A stretch of 35,898 nucleotides of DNA from Pyrinomonadaceae bacterium (GCA_040081695.1 JBEBGA010000001.1:1-35898); one strand, 5' to 3'; counted from the first letter of the stretch, positions 26,389-34,875 are shown. Program-made: numbers and translations. Notes: generated by a model not told the origin, from the letters alone.

Positions 26389-27720
26389 ATGCAGGATAGA
26401 AGTGAATTGATGCTGGTTATAGGAGCGGGACCATGCGGATTATCGCACGCCAAAGCGCTTGCGGACGCCTGTATTGGCTATGAACAGATCGAGGCTGACG
26501 ATGAGGTAGGCGGTAACTGGTATCACGGCACATATACCACAGCCCATATCATCTCTTCGCGCAAGACAACCCAATTCACTGATTTTCCAATGCCCGCCGA
26601 TTACCCCGATTTCCCCAGTCAGCAGCAGATGGGTGACTATTACAAGCTCTATGCGGACACTTTTGATCTGCGGACGAAGATCGAATTTAATACAAAGGTA
26701 ACGGCAGTAACCCCGAGAACAGACGAATTGTGGGATGTCGAGCTAGCGAGCGGAGAGCGGCGGATCTACAAAGGAGTGTTGGTCTGCAACGGGCATCACT
26801 GGGACAAGCGTTTCCCGTCGCATAAGGGTGCATTTACGGGCGAATACATTCACTCAAAAGATTTTAAGGATCCGAAACAGGTCGAGGGTAAACGCGTGCT
26901 CGTCATCGGCGGCGGTAACTCTGCTTGCGATATAGTTTCTGAGGCAGCTCGAGTATCTAAAACAGCCCATTTGAGCCTTCGCCGTGGTTATTGGTTCATG
27001 CCGAAAACGTTACTTGGTAAGCCGTCTATCGAATCACCGGTGATGCACACCCCAGTTTGGCTTCAGCGACTTTTGTTGCGCGGTATATTAAAGATCGTCA
27101 TTGGTAAATATAAGCATTATGGACTGCCAAAACCGGATCACCGGATATTTGAAAAGCATCCGACCATTAGCACGGAGATATTTCATTACCTTAAGCACGG
27201 GCGTATCAAACCGCGACCAGACATAGAACGGTTTGAGGGAAAGGTTGTCCATTTTAAGGACGGAACAGGCGACGAATACGACTTGATCGTCGCTGCGACG
27301 GGCTTCTACCTTAGCTTTCCGTTTTTACCGGACGGAATGGTTCCAATGATAAATGAACAGCTCGCCGCGCTCTACGCGGGGTGCGTTTTACCGGAGTATA
27401 AGCATCTTTACATCATCGGTACGCAGCAAGTCAGATACGGCATCGGACCGCTGCTCACGCCGGGCTCACAGCTTGTCGCGAGGATGATAAAAGCGCAAGA
27501 CGAGATGGAATTACCCATCGGGCTCGTATTCAAGGAGTCGGGCCACAAACTTCCCGACACGCATCTTGTCGATCCAATACGCGAGCTCAGATGGATCAAG
27601 ATTGCAAAAAATGCCCTTCCGAGGCTCTTAAATAAAGAACGGCGTTTACGAAAGAAATTGACCCGGGTGGCCACGCCGCCATTACAAATTAGCTCCGACC
27701 CTGATATCCGGGTCTATTAA
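26389..27720 (+). CDS. flavin-containing monooxygenase (class B)
   Basis: VIGAGPCGLS (FAD GxGxxG), FTGEYIHSKDF (FxGxxxHxxxF/Y) and VIGGGNSACD (NADPH site). It starts 2 nt after the upstream stop. Confidence 0.85.
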   Translation: MQDRSELMLVIGAGPCGLSHAKALADACIGYEQIEADDEVGGNWYHGTYTTAHIISSRKTTQFTDFPMPADYPDFPSQQQMGDYYKLYADTFDLRTKIEFNTKVTAVTPRTDELWDVELASGERRIYKGVLVCNGHHWDKRFPSHKGAFTGEYIHSKDFKDPKQVEGKRVLVIGGGNSACDIVSEAARVSKTAHLSLRRGYWFMPKTLLGKPSIESPVMHTPVWLQRLLLRGILKIVIGKYKHYGLPKPDHRIFEKHPTISTEIFHYLKHGRIKPRPDIERFEGKVVHFKDGTGDEYDLIVAATGFYLSFPFLPDGMVPMINEQLAALYAGCVLPEYKHLYIIGTQQVRYGIGPLLTPGSQLVARMIKAQDEMELPIGLVFKESGHKLPDTHLVDPIRELRWIKIAKNALPRLLNKERRLRKKLTRVATPPLQISSDPDIRVY

Positions 27721-27725
27721 AAGTT

Positions 27726-29270
27726 ATGAAGAAACTACACGCAATACTCTTTCTATTCTTGGTTTTCCCGCTGTTGGTAAGCGGCCAGACGCTCGATGAC
27801 AAGCTCAAAGAGATCGACGCCTATGCCAATACCGTAATGGATACGTGGAAAGGCCCCGGTATGGCGATCGCTGTCGTCAAGGATGACAAGACCGTTTTTG
27901 CGAAAGGCTACGGCGTTCGTGAGCTCGGCAAGCCGGGCAGGGTGGATGAGAACACGATCTTCGAGATCGCTTCTAACTCTAAGGCCTTTACAACCGCGAG
28001 CCTAGCGATTCTCGTCGATGAGAAAAAGCTCGCCTGGAACGACAAAGTCTCAAAATACCTGCCCGAGTTTCAAATGTACGACCCGTGGGTCACGAGCGAG
28101 CTGACCGTTCGCGATCTGGTAACGCACCGCGTGGGACTAGACACATTTAGCGGCGATCTGCTTTGGTTCAACACGACCTACACAGCCGACGATATGCTCA
28201 AACGCGTTAAGTATCTAAAGCCGGTGTCGAGCTTTCGTACGCGTTACGGCTATCAAAACCTGATGTTCGTCGCGGCGGGCAAGATCGTTGAAAAAGTGTC
28301 TGGCAAGCCTTGGCCCATTTTTGTAAAAGAACGGATCATGGACCAGATCGGCATGACGCGATCCGTAACGAGCATCAACGCCTTGCCCGACAACGTTGCT
28401 CACCCGCACAACGAATCCGGCGGCAAGCTGCGTGCTTTGCCGCAGATCAAAGGTGCAAATTACGAGGGAGCCTACGGTGCGGTCGGCGTCAATGCTTCGG
28501 TCGCGGACCTTAGTCGCTGGATACGCTTGCAGCTTGGACGCGGGACATTTGAGGGTAAAAAGATATTTTCGAGCGAACAGTCCAACGCGATGTGGCAGCC
28601 AAATATGATGATGCCGCTGTCCGAGGGTGCGATCAGAGCAAACCCAACCCGCCATTTCAATGCGGTCGGCATGGGCTGGTTTCTTTATGATTACTACGGA
28701 CGAAAGATCATCAACCACAGCGGCGGCCTCGACGGCATGCTTTCTTATACGGTGCTGATCCCCGAGGAAAATGCAGGTTTTGTTGTCCTGACAAACAACG
28801 AATCGCCGTCGTTTTTGATAATGATGTCAAAGATCCGCGATATGCTGGTCGATGCTCCAAAACGCGATTACAACGCCGAGGCCGTAAAGCAGGTCGCTGA
28901 CGGTAAAGCCGCCGACGCCGAAGAGATCAAAAAGGTCGATGCCGCCCGCATCCCAAACACGAAACCGTCGCTTGCCACCGCAAATTACGCCGGAACATTT
29001 ACCAGCCAGATGTACGGCGACATCACCGTTGCCGAAGAAAACGGCAAGCTGGTGATGCGGATGATCCCGACGCCAGGATACGTCGCCGATCTCGAACACT
29101 GGCACCTCGATACGTTTCAGATCAAATGGCGTCCGTCCGCCGGTTACAACTTTCCACGCGGGTTTGTCACCTTTGTTATAGACAAAAACGGCAAGGCAAA
29201 TGAGATGAAGATCGACCAGCCAAACAACGATCTTTGGTTTTACGAGCTGGAACTGAAACGAACGAAATGA
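27726..29270 (+). CDS. secreted beta-lactamase-fold serine hydrolase (class C / esterase-like) with an extra C-terminal domain
   Basis: Signal peptide MKKLHAILFLFLVFPLLVSGQ. SNSK (SxxK), YQN (YxN) and HSGG motifs. Confidence 0.88.
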   Translation: MKKLHAILFLFLVFPLLVSGQTLDDKLKEIDAYANTVMDTWKGPGMAIAVVKDDKTVFAKGYGVRELGKPGRVDENTIFEIASNSKAFTTASLAILVDEKKLAWNDKVSKYLPEFQMYDPWVTSELTVRDLVTHRVGLDTFSGDLLWFNTTYTADDMLKRVKYLKPVSSFRTRYGYQNLMFVAAGKIVEKVSGKPWPIFVKERIMDQIGMTRSVTSINALPDNVAHPHNESGGKLRALPQIKGANYEGAYGAVGVNASVADLSRWIRLQLGRGTFEGKKIFSSEQSNAMWQPNMMMPLSEGAIRANPTRHFNAVGMGWFLYDYYGRKIINHSGGLDGMLSYTVLIPEENAGFVVLTNNESPSFLIMMSKIRDMLVDAPKRDYNAEAVKQVADGKAADAEEIKKVDAARIPNTKPSLATANYAGTFTSQMYGDITVAEENGKLVMRMIPTPGYVADLEHWHLDTFQIKWRPSAGYNFPRGFVTFVIDKNGKANEMKIDQPNNDLWFYELELKRTK

Positions 29271-29365
29271 CCGCAAGGCTCGACAAAATAAGGCGCTGTG
29301 TGTAGAATTCTCTTTCTATTAACAGTTTGTAATAGGAAATAGATCGATAGGAGAAATTTGTTTTA

Positions 29366-29593
29366 ATGTCAGAAGAAGCAGTACAGGCCGCCGAGGCTCC
29401 CGAGGAAACTCCGGCAGCAACACCGGCCCTAGAAGCGCCGGTTAATACCGAAGACGTTTCATATCAAGCGGTTGAAAAAGAAGGAACGGTAACGGCGATA
29501 TGGGAAATGCAGGGCCGCAAGCACCTGCGTACCATCGACCCGCGTTCGATCGAGGGCAAACAGATCCTCGCACTTTTCGAAACCGCAGGGTAA
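29366..29593 (+). CDS. small acidic hypothetical protein
   Basis: AGGAGA at 29350-29355 lies 10 nt upstream of the ATG. 75 aa, followed by a strong terminator. No recognised motif. Confidence 0.55.
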   Translation: MSEEAVQAAEAPEETPAATPALEAPVNTEDVSYQAVEKEGTVTAIWEMQGRKHLRTIDPRSIEGKQILALFETAG

Positions 29594-29614
29594 CAACCCG
29601 GTAACAACGAAATG

Positions 29615-29668
29615 ACACGAAGGCAGACGAAAGATGATTTCGCTCTCTTCGTGTATTTTTGTGTTTTC
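29615..29668. terminator. bidirectional intrinsic terminator between convergent genes
   Basis: ACACGAAG (29615-29622) pairs with CTTCGTGT (29647-29654). An inner CGAAA/TTTCG stem is present, followed by the T-rich tract ATTTTTGTGTTTT. Confidence 0.7.
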
Positions 29669-30425
29669 AAATGATGGTGGAGAGCAGTTTAAGGATCGGG
29701 TGATCTGACCTTTGGATCGGTTTACCTTCGTATTCGGCAACCTCAGTTATACCCAAACCTGCGGATGTCAGAAAGATCGCGTCCACTTCGTTCAACTCGT
29801 CTATCGGAGACTCGACCTCTCGGCACTCCACATTTTCCAACACAAATTCCCGCGTCGTACCCGGCAAGCATCCTGTCGTGAGGCAAGGTGTGTAAAGCAC
29901 CTCATCTCTTTGCCAGAAAATATTCGACATACAACCGCCGGTGATAAACCCTCGCTCGTTGACGCGGACAGCTTCGTGAAAACCGCGTGTCGTTGCCTCG
30001 TCCAAAGCCAACAAATTGTCGAGATAGTTGCACGATTTTACGCCCGCAAGCGGCGAACGGGAATTAACGGTGTACGGCGAAACCGTTAATCGAAACTCAT
30101 CCGGCACCGGACGGATGTCGCCAGTCACTATAAACAGGCCAGTTTTGCCCAAAGAATCGCTTGGCCAGATAGGGCTTGGACTTTCGTCAGAAAAAGAGAG
30201 ACGGACACGGCCATTTACGATGCGATCGGTTTCGATAGACTTGGCGAGTTGATCCAGAGTCTCTTCCTTAGAATAGGCGGAAAGATCGATCCCGACATTT
30301 TTGGCGTTATTACACAGCCGCTGCCAATGCTTATCCCAAAGAAATGGCTGCGCGTCGCGAATAGCGACAGTTGTAAAAATTCCTTTGCCGTAGAGTAAAA
30401 TATTGCTGGTTGGTGATGATAACAC
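29667..30425 (-). CDS. class IV aminotransferase-fold protein (aminodeoxychorismate lyase-like)
   Basis: N-terminal LLYGKGIFTTVAI, internal VKSCNYLDNLLA and TGCLPGTTRE segments typical of fold-type IV PLP enzymes. GTG start overlaps the upstream stop by 1 nt. Confidence 0.75.
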   Translation of the reverse strand: MLSSPTSNILLYGKGIFTTVAIRDAQPFLWDKHWQRLCNNAKNVGIDLSAYSKEETLDQLAKSIETDRIVNGRVRLSFSDESPSPIWPSDSLGKTGLFIVTGDIRPVPDEFRLTVSPYTVNSRSPLAGVKSCNYLDNLLALDEATTRGFHEAVRVNERGFITGGCMSNIFWQRDEVLYTPCLTTGCLPGTTREFVLENVECREVESPIDELNEVDAIFLTSAGLGITEVAEYEGKPIQRSDHPILKLLSTII

Positions 30426-30886
30426 TAATTGAGGTTGAGGCTGAGCGATTGGTCGTCATCTGATAAAGACGTCCCAAACACAATTGATCTAACGAGAAAA
30501 AAGACGAAGATAACTGTTGGCAAAAAGTGTGCAAATGCCGCAAAAATAACCCAACCGGGGCCCATTTGCCACATCTTCTGAAAATCACTGGGCCGAGCAC
30601 CGCCCGTTTCAGTTACCCACTTGATTATCCAGATCAAACTAACCGTTAAGTTAAATACGATCAACGAACCAAATACTACTCTTGCGGCAAGAGGTCGAAG
30701 ATCTAAAACTAGAAACGCCATAACTGGATAATAGAAACCCAGAAGTCCGGCCGAAAAGAATAAGAAGAACCAGATGAAATTTCCATGCCCTCCACCAGTT
30801 AGCATCATGGTCCAAATGCCGTAGAGAAACGCATAAAACAGCCCAACGCCGGCGGCGATAATTCTTTTTGTGGTCAATGATGCCAT
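30425..30886 (-). CDS. hypothetical membrane protein
   Basis: Four or five hydrophobic helices. It starts 2 nt after the alpha/beta hydrolase stop. Confidence 0.6.
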   Translation of the reverse strand: MASLTTKRIIAAGVGLFYAFLYGIWTMMLTGGGHGNFIWFFLFFSAGLLGFYYPVMAFLVLDLRPLAARVVFGSLIVFNLTVSLIWIIKWVTETGGARPSDFQKMWQMGPGWVIFAAFAHFLPTVIFVFFLVRSIVFGTSLSDDDQSLSLNLN

Positions 30887-30888
30887 CT

Positions 30889-31896
30889 TTAAGCTGCCGG
30901 TTCGATCCGGACATCTTCACCGTCTTTTGCGGCAATGCGGCCTTTGCGGTCGCGGCAAAATTCGGTGACGAGGTCTGTAAATAGCTCGCTTTTTTCCTCT
31001 TGCGGGACGTGGCCGCAGTCTTTGAGGATGACAAAGCGGGAATTTAATATCTCTCGGTGTAGTGTATAACCGTGCTTGATAGGTATGACCGTATCCGAGT
31101 CGCCCCAGATGATTAGCGTCGGCTGGTTGATGAGGTTTGCATCTGCTTCGAGCCGGTTGGCGTGCCAGTTGCGTGAGGTTGCGAGCACCGCGTGATGCCC
31201 GTCGGCGGCTAACAGCGGACGGCGAATATTGTCGATTCGCTCGTCGGTGATCATGTGGTGATTGGCTTTGGCAAGCGTGCCATGCATTCGCATGCGGAGA
31301 AACCTTTTAGAATCGATCAGAAAAGGCGTGAGAGCCTCGCCAACTCCGGGCAGAGCAGCGAGCCGTAATATCGGATGATCTTTTGGTTCGTCGTTACAAA
31401 CGGCATCGACGAGCACGAGCTTTTCGACCATTTCCGAATAATCGAGCGTCAGGTTTAGCGCGACAGCACCACCATATGAACTGCCCACGACCGTCGCCTT
31501 CCCGACGCCGATCCGTCCCATAAATCTTGAGATCATCCGTGCCTGTGCCTGGATCGAATAATCGAACCACGATGGTTTTTCCGAGTAACCGTACCCGAGC
31601 AGATCGACCGCGATGACGCGAAAACCAGCGTCAGCCAGCATCGGTGCGACTGTTTTCCAGACATAGACCGACGCCGTGTAGCCATGTATCAGGATGAGCG
31701 GCGGTTTGGTCGGCAGGCCAAATTCCTGATAATGTACGCGGGCGCCGTCAACATTTACAAAATGCGAGTGGTCCGAGTGGATGACCCGCTCAGCAACGTC
31801 GTCCCAAATGACCGTCTCGGCACGCGTCAACAGCTTGACCGCAACCGCCGCTCCGACCGCACCACCGATCGCAAATGCCACATTTCGTTTTTTCAT
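30889..31896 (-). CDS. alpha/beta hydrolase
   Basis: LILIHGYTAS (HG oxyanion motif), GSSYGG nucleophile elbow and DCGHVPQEE catalytic His context. Confidence 0.88.
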   Translation of the reverse strand: MKKRNVAFAIGGAVGAAVAVKLLTRAETVIWDDVAERVIHSDHSHFVNVDGARVHYQEFGLPTKPPLILIHGYTASVYVWKTVAPMLADAGFRVIAVDLLGYGYSEKPSWFDYSIQAQARMISRFMGRIGVGKATVVGSSYGGAVALNLTLDYSEMVEKLVLVDAVCNDEPKDHPILRLAALPGVGEALTPFLIDSKRFLRMRMHGTLAKANHHMITDERIDNIRRPLLAADGHHAVLATSRNWHANRLEADANLINQPTLIIWGDSDTVIPIKHGYTLHREILNSRFVILKDCGHVPQEEKSELFTDLVTEFCRDRKGRIAAKDGEDVRIEPAA

Positions 31897-31983
31897 ACGT
31901 TTTGCTCTGCCGTCATTTTATACCAAAACGACTTTGGGGCGTACAGAATTTTCTGATTCGTCGTATGCGCCGATCGCGATAAG

Positions 31984-32811
31984 CTAGCCGTCCTCATCGA
32001 TCATCCGGATCGGCTGCCCGGCAACAAACTGAACGTCAAAAACTCTCGTCGACATTCCGCTTTTTGTTTTGCCGACACGGTCAGCGTTTAGTGTAAACGC
32101 GGCAAGGTGTGACACAGCCTCTTCCATTTGGATCAGGGCAGTTTGTTTATCCTCGACCTGTTCTAACTTTTCCAGCGTCACGCCCTGCTCAATGCCAAAT
32201 TTCCCCGCACGAGTCCGCCGCAACTCGGCAAGGTGAGCCCCGACCCCGACCTTCCTGCCGATGTCCTCGGCAAGCGTGCGGATGTATGTGCCGGCGGAGC
32301 AAGCCACTCGAATGCGGATTGTGGATTGTGGATTGTGGATTTCTGAATTATCGATGATCTCCAATTCGTTAATCCTTACGGATATTGGCTTTCGTTCGAC
32401 AGTTTCGCCTTTGCGGGCTTGCTCATACAGCTTTTTGCCATCCACCTTTTTTGCCGAATACATCGGCGGCGTCTGTTCGATCTGGCCGCGAAAATCATCC
32501 AACACCGCACGAACGCTTTCGACGCTTAAAGACTTGGGACTTGGAACTTGGGGCTTGGGACTACCAGTTCTATCTCCCGTATCCGTCTCAAACCCAAACC
32601 TGACCAACGCTTCGTATTCCTTTTCGTCCTTATCCAAAAACTGCGCGAGCCGCGTCGCCTGGCCGATCAATATCACCATCACGCCGGTCGCAAACGGGTC
32701 AAGCGTACCCGTATGGCCGACACGCTTTGTTTGTAAAATGCGGCGTACGCGAGCGACCACATCGTGCGATGTGATACCCGCCGGTTTGTCGATGATGAGG
32801 ATGCCGTCCAT
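31984..32811 (-). CDS. truB: tRNA pseudouridine(55) synthase
   Basis: MDGILIIDKPAGITSHDVV and the catalytic VGHTGTLDPFATG motif, plus CSAGTYIRTLAEDIG. It starts at the internal ATG 32811. The upstream 480 nt of open frame is antisense to recX. Confidence 0.92.
   Translation of the reverse strand: MDGILIIDKPAGITSHDVVARVRRILQTKRVGHTGTLDPFATGVMVILIGQATRLAQFLDKDEKEYEALVRFGFETDTGDRTGSPKPQVPSPKSLSVESVRAVLDDFRGQIEQTPPMYSAKKVDGKKLYEQARKGETVERKPISVRINELEIIDNSEIHNPQSTIRIRVACSAGTYIRTLAEDIGRKVGVGAHLAELRRTRAGKFGIEQGVTLEKLEQVEDKQTALIQMEEAVSHLAAFTLNADRVGKTKSGMSTRVFDVQFVAGQPIRMIDEDG
32316..32343. repeat. heptanucleotide tandem repeat GGATTGT x3 plus a degenerate 4th unit, inside truB
   Basis: GGATTGT at 32316, 32323 and 32330. 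GGATTTC at 32337. It encodes EIHNPQSTIRI on the minus strand. Confidence 0.8.
32533..32560. repeat. imperfect heptanucleotide tandem repeat CTTGGRR x4 inside truB
   Basis: CTTGGGA 32533, CTTGGAA 32540, CTTGGGG 32547, CTTGGGA 32554. It encodes SPKPQVPSPKS on the minus strand. Confidence 0.75.
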
Positions 32812-32848
32812 AATTAATCGAATCTGAATTTTAACAGGTGTCGGCAAA

Positions 32849-33400
32849 ATGTGGGGAAAACGCACTAGAAAGGTTGATGACGCGGATCGAATGGTCAAAG
32901 ATCCGGTCCGCTCGCGTGAGCGTACGATGAACCGCGCCGTCAAACTGCTCGCCGCAAAACCGCGTTCTGTCAGAGAGCTGCGCGAACGCCTGCTCGAAAA
33001 GCTCTGGACCAACGATGAGATCGTCGATGCTGTGCTCGAAAAGCTCAAAGAGTATAAATATCTCGACGACGAGCAATACGCCCGCGATCTCGCGGTCTCA
33101 AAACTCCGCCAAAAGCCGCAAGGCAAACGCCGTTTGCAGCAGACGATGTCGCAGAAAAAACTTGATAAAGAAACTGTTGCAGACGCAATAACCGAGGCGT
33201 TTGAAAAACTGCCCGAAGAAGAGTTGATCGACCTTGCAATAGAAAAACGGCTCCGGCTAAAAGGCAAGCCCCAGACCCGCGAAGAAACCAAAAAATTCTA
33301 CGACCACCTCCTGCGTCAGGGCTTTGGCTTTGACCTCATTCGCGAAAAAATGTCATCCGTTGCATCCCGCGAATTTGAACAGGATGGACAGGATCTATAG
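32849..33400 (+). CDS. recX: RecX-family regulatory protein
   Basis: Helical-repeat sequence typical of RecX (RSVRELRERLLEK..., YLDDEQYARDLAVSKLRQK, ...FYDHLLRQGFGFDLI). The exact start is uncertain. Confidence 0.8.
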   Translation: MWGKRTRKVDDADRMVKDPVRSRERTMNRAVKLLAAKPRSVRELRERLLEKLWTNDEIVDAVLEKLKEYKYLDDEQYARDLAVSKLRQKPQGKRRLQQTMSQKKLDKETVADAITEAFEKLPEEELIDLAIEKRLRLKGKPQTREETKKFYDHLLRQGFGFDLIREKMSSVASREFEQDGQDL

Positions 33401-33547
33401 GGTCCCGGCCGAATCCTCTTGCCCCCTGAAAAAAAATTTTCCGCATAATTGAATCCAATCCACCCGCACCTGCGAAATCCACTCCAAAGGAAAGAAAGCC
33501 TTTTAGTTTTAGTAAATCAATTTATTTTATCAAGGGGAGATTTAGCA

Positions 33548-34102
33548 ATGAGAACATTTTTAGCATTAGTAGTATTGACGCTCGGCGTCACGTTTGGAGT
33601 TTCGGCACAGTCGATGGACGGCAACCCGATGGTTGGCGGGGCGGCGATGTATAAGACAAAGAATATTGTCGAAAACGCAGTCAACTCAGCAGACCACACG
33701 ACCCTCGTCGCGGCCGTCGGTGCTGCCGGTTTGGTCGACACTCTCAAGAGTGCCGGGCCTTTCACCGTATTTGCACCGGTCAACAGTGCCTTTGCGGCTT
33801 TGCCTGCCGGCACTGTTGAGACTCTACTCAAGCCGGAAAATAAGGCTACGCTCGTTAAGATCCTGACCTATCACGTGATTGCGGGCAACTTTAGCTCAAA
33901 AGACGTAGTCAAGGCGATCAAGAAAGGTAAGGGTAAGGCCGAGTTTACAACCGTCGCCGGCGGCAAGCTGTATGCAATGCTTGATGGCAAAAACGTGGTT
34001 TTGATGGACGAAAAGGGCGGCAAATCGACTGTTACGATCGCCGACGTCAAACAATCGAACGGCGTCATTCACGTTGTAAATTCGGTGCTTTTGCCGAACT
34101 AA
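33548..34102 (+). CDS. secreted fasciclin (FAS1) domain protein
   Basis: GGGGAG precedes ATG 33548. Signal peptide MRTFLALVVLTLGVTFGVSAQ. FAS1 motifs TVFAPVNSAFAALP and NGVIHVVNSVLLP. Confidence 0.88.
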   Translation: MRTFLALVVLTLGVTFGVSAQSMDGNPMVGGAAMYKTKNIVENAVNSADHTTLVAAVGAAGLVDTLKSAGPFTVFAPVNSAFAALPAGTVETLLKPENKATLVKILTYHVIAGNFSSKDVVKAIKKGKGKAEFTTVAGGKLYAMLDGKNVVLMDEKGGKSTVTIADVKQSNGVIHVVNSVLLPN

Positions 34103-34124
34103 CTTAGGGTTCTACAATTTCGCT

Positions 34125-34216
34125 CGACGCGTCTGAGGCATTATCAAGGATTCTAGTCAAAACATTTCTGGAGGGGGAGGTTTTGGGTGGAATGGGAAAA
34201 GACCTCAGATTCGTCG
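34125..34216 (+). other. candidate structured RNA element or long-stem terminator in the fasciclin-msrB intergenic region
   Basis: CGACGCGTCTGAGG (34125-34138) pairs with CCTCAGATTCGTCG (34203-34216) at 13 of 14 positions, including one G-U. The stem encloses a 64-nt G-rich segment. A T5 run begins 8 nt downstream. Confidence 0.3.
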
Positions 34217-34237
34217 GGCGAATCTTTTTGGAAATAA

Positions 34238-34257
34238 AATAACCCTATAGGGGTATT
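34238..34257. promoter_or_regulatory. 20-bp near-palindrome AATAACCCTATAGGGGTATT immediately upstream of msrB
   Basis: The CCCTATAGGG core is perfect and the AATA/TATT outer arms match, giving one mismatched pair. It ends 8 nt before ATG 34266 and covers the likely RBS AGGGG. Confidence 0.3.
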
Positions 34258-34265
34258 ATTTAGCT

Positions 34266-34850
34266 ATGAGATACAAAGTTCTATTTTCGACAATCGCACT
34301 TATAACACTTGTTTCTACCACCGCTTTGGTCGGGTTATTCGGTTGTACACCAAAAGCATCGATGAACGAGCAAGCGGCTGCGACCGAGCCGACACCCGCT
34401 AAAAAAGCTGACGGATCTACCCGCAACGTCGAGCTAACGGATGGTGAATTTGACGGCAAAGAGATCACAAGATCCGACGAAGAGTGGAAAAAAGAACTTT
34501 CCGCCGAGGAATACAACGTAATGCGCGAAGATGGCACCGAGCGGCCATATTCTGGGGCATTGAACAAAAACAAAAAGCAGGGCACGTATTATTGTGCCGC
34601 TTGCGGGTTGGCTCTTTTCAAATCGACGGCAAAGTTTGAATCCGGAACCGGCTGGCCGAGTTTTTTCCAGCCGATATTCAAAAAGAATGTGGCAGAAAGG
34701 GTAGATAACTCGCTTGGCGAGGTCCGCACCGAGGTCGAATGTGCCCGTTGCCACGCGCACCTCGGCCATGTTTTCGACGACGGCCCGCAGCCGACGGGTC
34801 TGCGATATTGTATGAACTCGGTGTCGTTAAAATTTAAGGCCGATAAATAG
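34266..34850 (+). CDS. msrB: peptide-methionine (R)-S-oxide reductase with an N-terminal lipoprotein-type signal
   Basis: Lipobox-like LVGLFGC. Zn-binding CAACG and CARCH pairs. GWPSF, HLGHVFDDGP and catalytic RYCMNS motifs. Confidence 0.92.
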   Translation: MRYKVLFSTIALITLVSTTALVGLFGCTPKASMNEQAAATEPTPAKKADGSTRNVELTDGEFDGKEITRSDEEWKKELSAEEYNVMREDGTERPYSGALNKNKKQGTYYCAACGLALFKSTAKFESGTGWPSFFQPIFKKNVAERVDNSLGEVRTEVECARCHAHLGHVFDDGPQPTGLRYCMNSVSLKFKADK

Positions 34851-34875
34851 CCTGTGATCCTAACCAAAAGTCTTT

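Noticed and set aside
32812-33291. The truB reading frame stays open for a further 160 codons upstream, giving a 435-aa ORF that fully overlaps recX on the opposite strand.
   Set aside because: The extension is Ser/Arg-rich low-complexity sequence, typical of the antisense frame of a Glu/Lys/Leu-rich gene. TruB homology begins exactly at MDGILIIDKPAG (ATG 32811). recX on the + strand explains the region.
33452-33482. ATCCA/ATCCAC motifs recur upstream of the fasciclin gene (AATCCAATCCAC...ATCCAC) and at the alaS junction (AAATCCAAATG).
   Set aside because: The motifs are short, irregularly spaced and few. This is not distinguishable from chance without a genome-wide count.
34171-34195. A G-run cluster (GGAGGGGGAGGTTTTGGGTGGAATGGG) was considered as a potential G-quadruplex.
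   Set aside because: Only three runs have at least 3 G's, so at best it would form a two-tetrad structure. It is mentioned only as part of the enclosed segment of the long stem and is not claimed as a G4.
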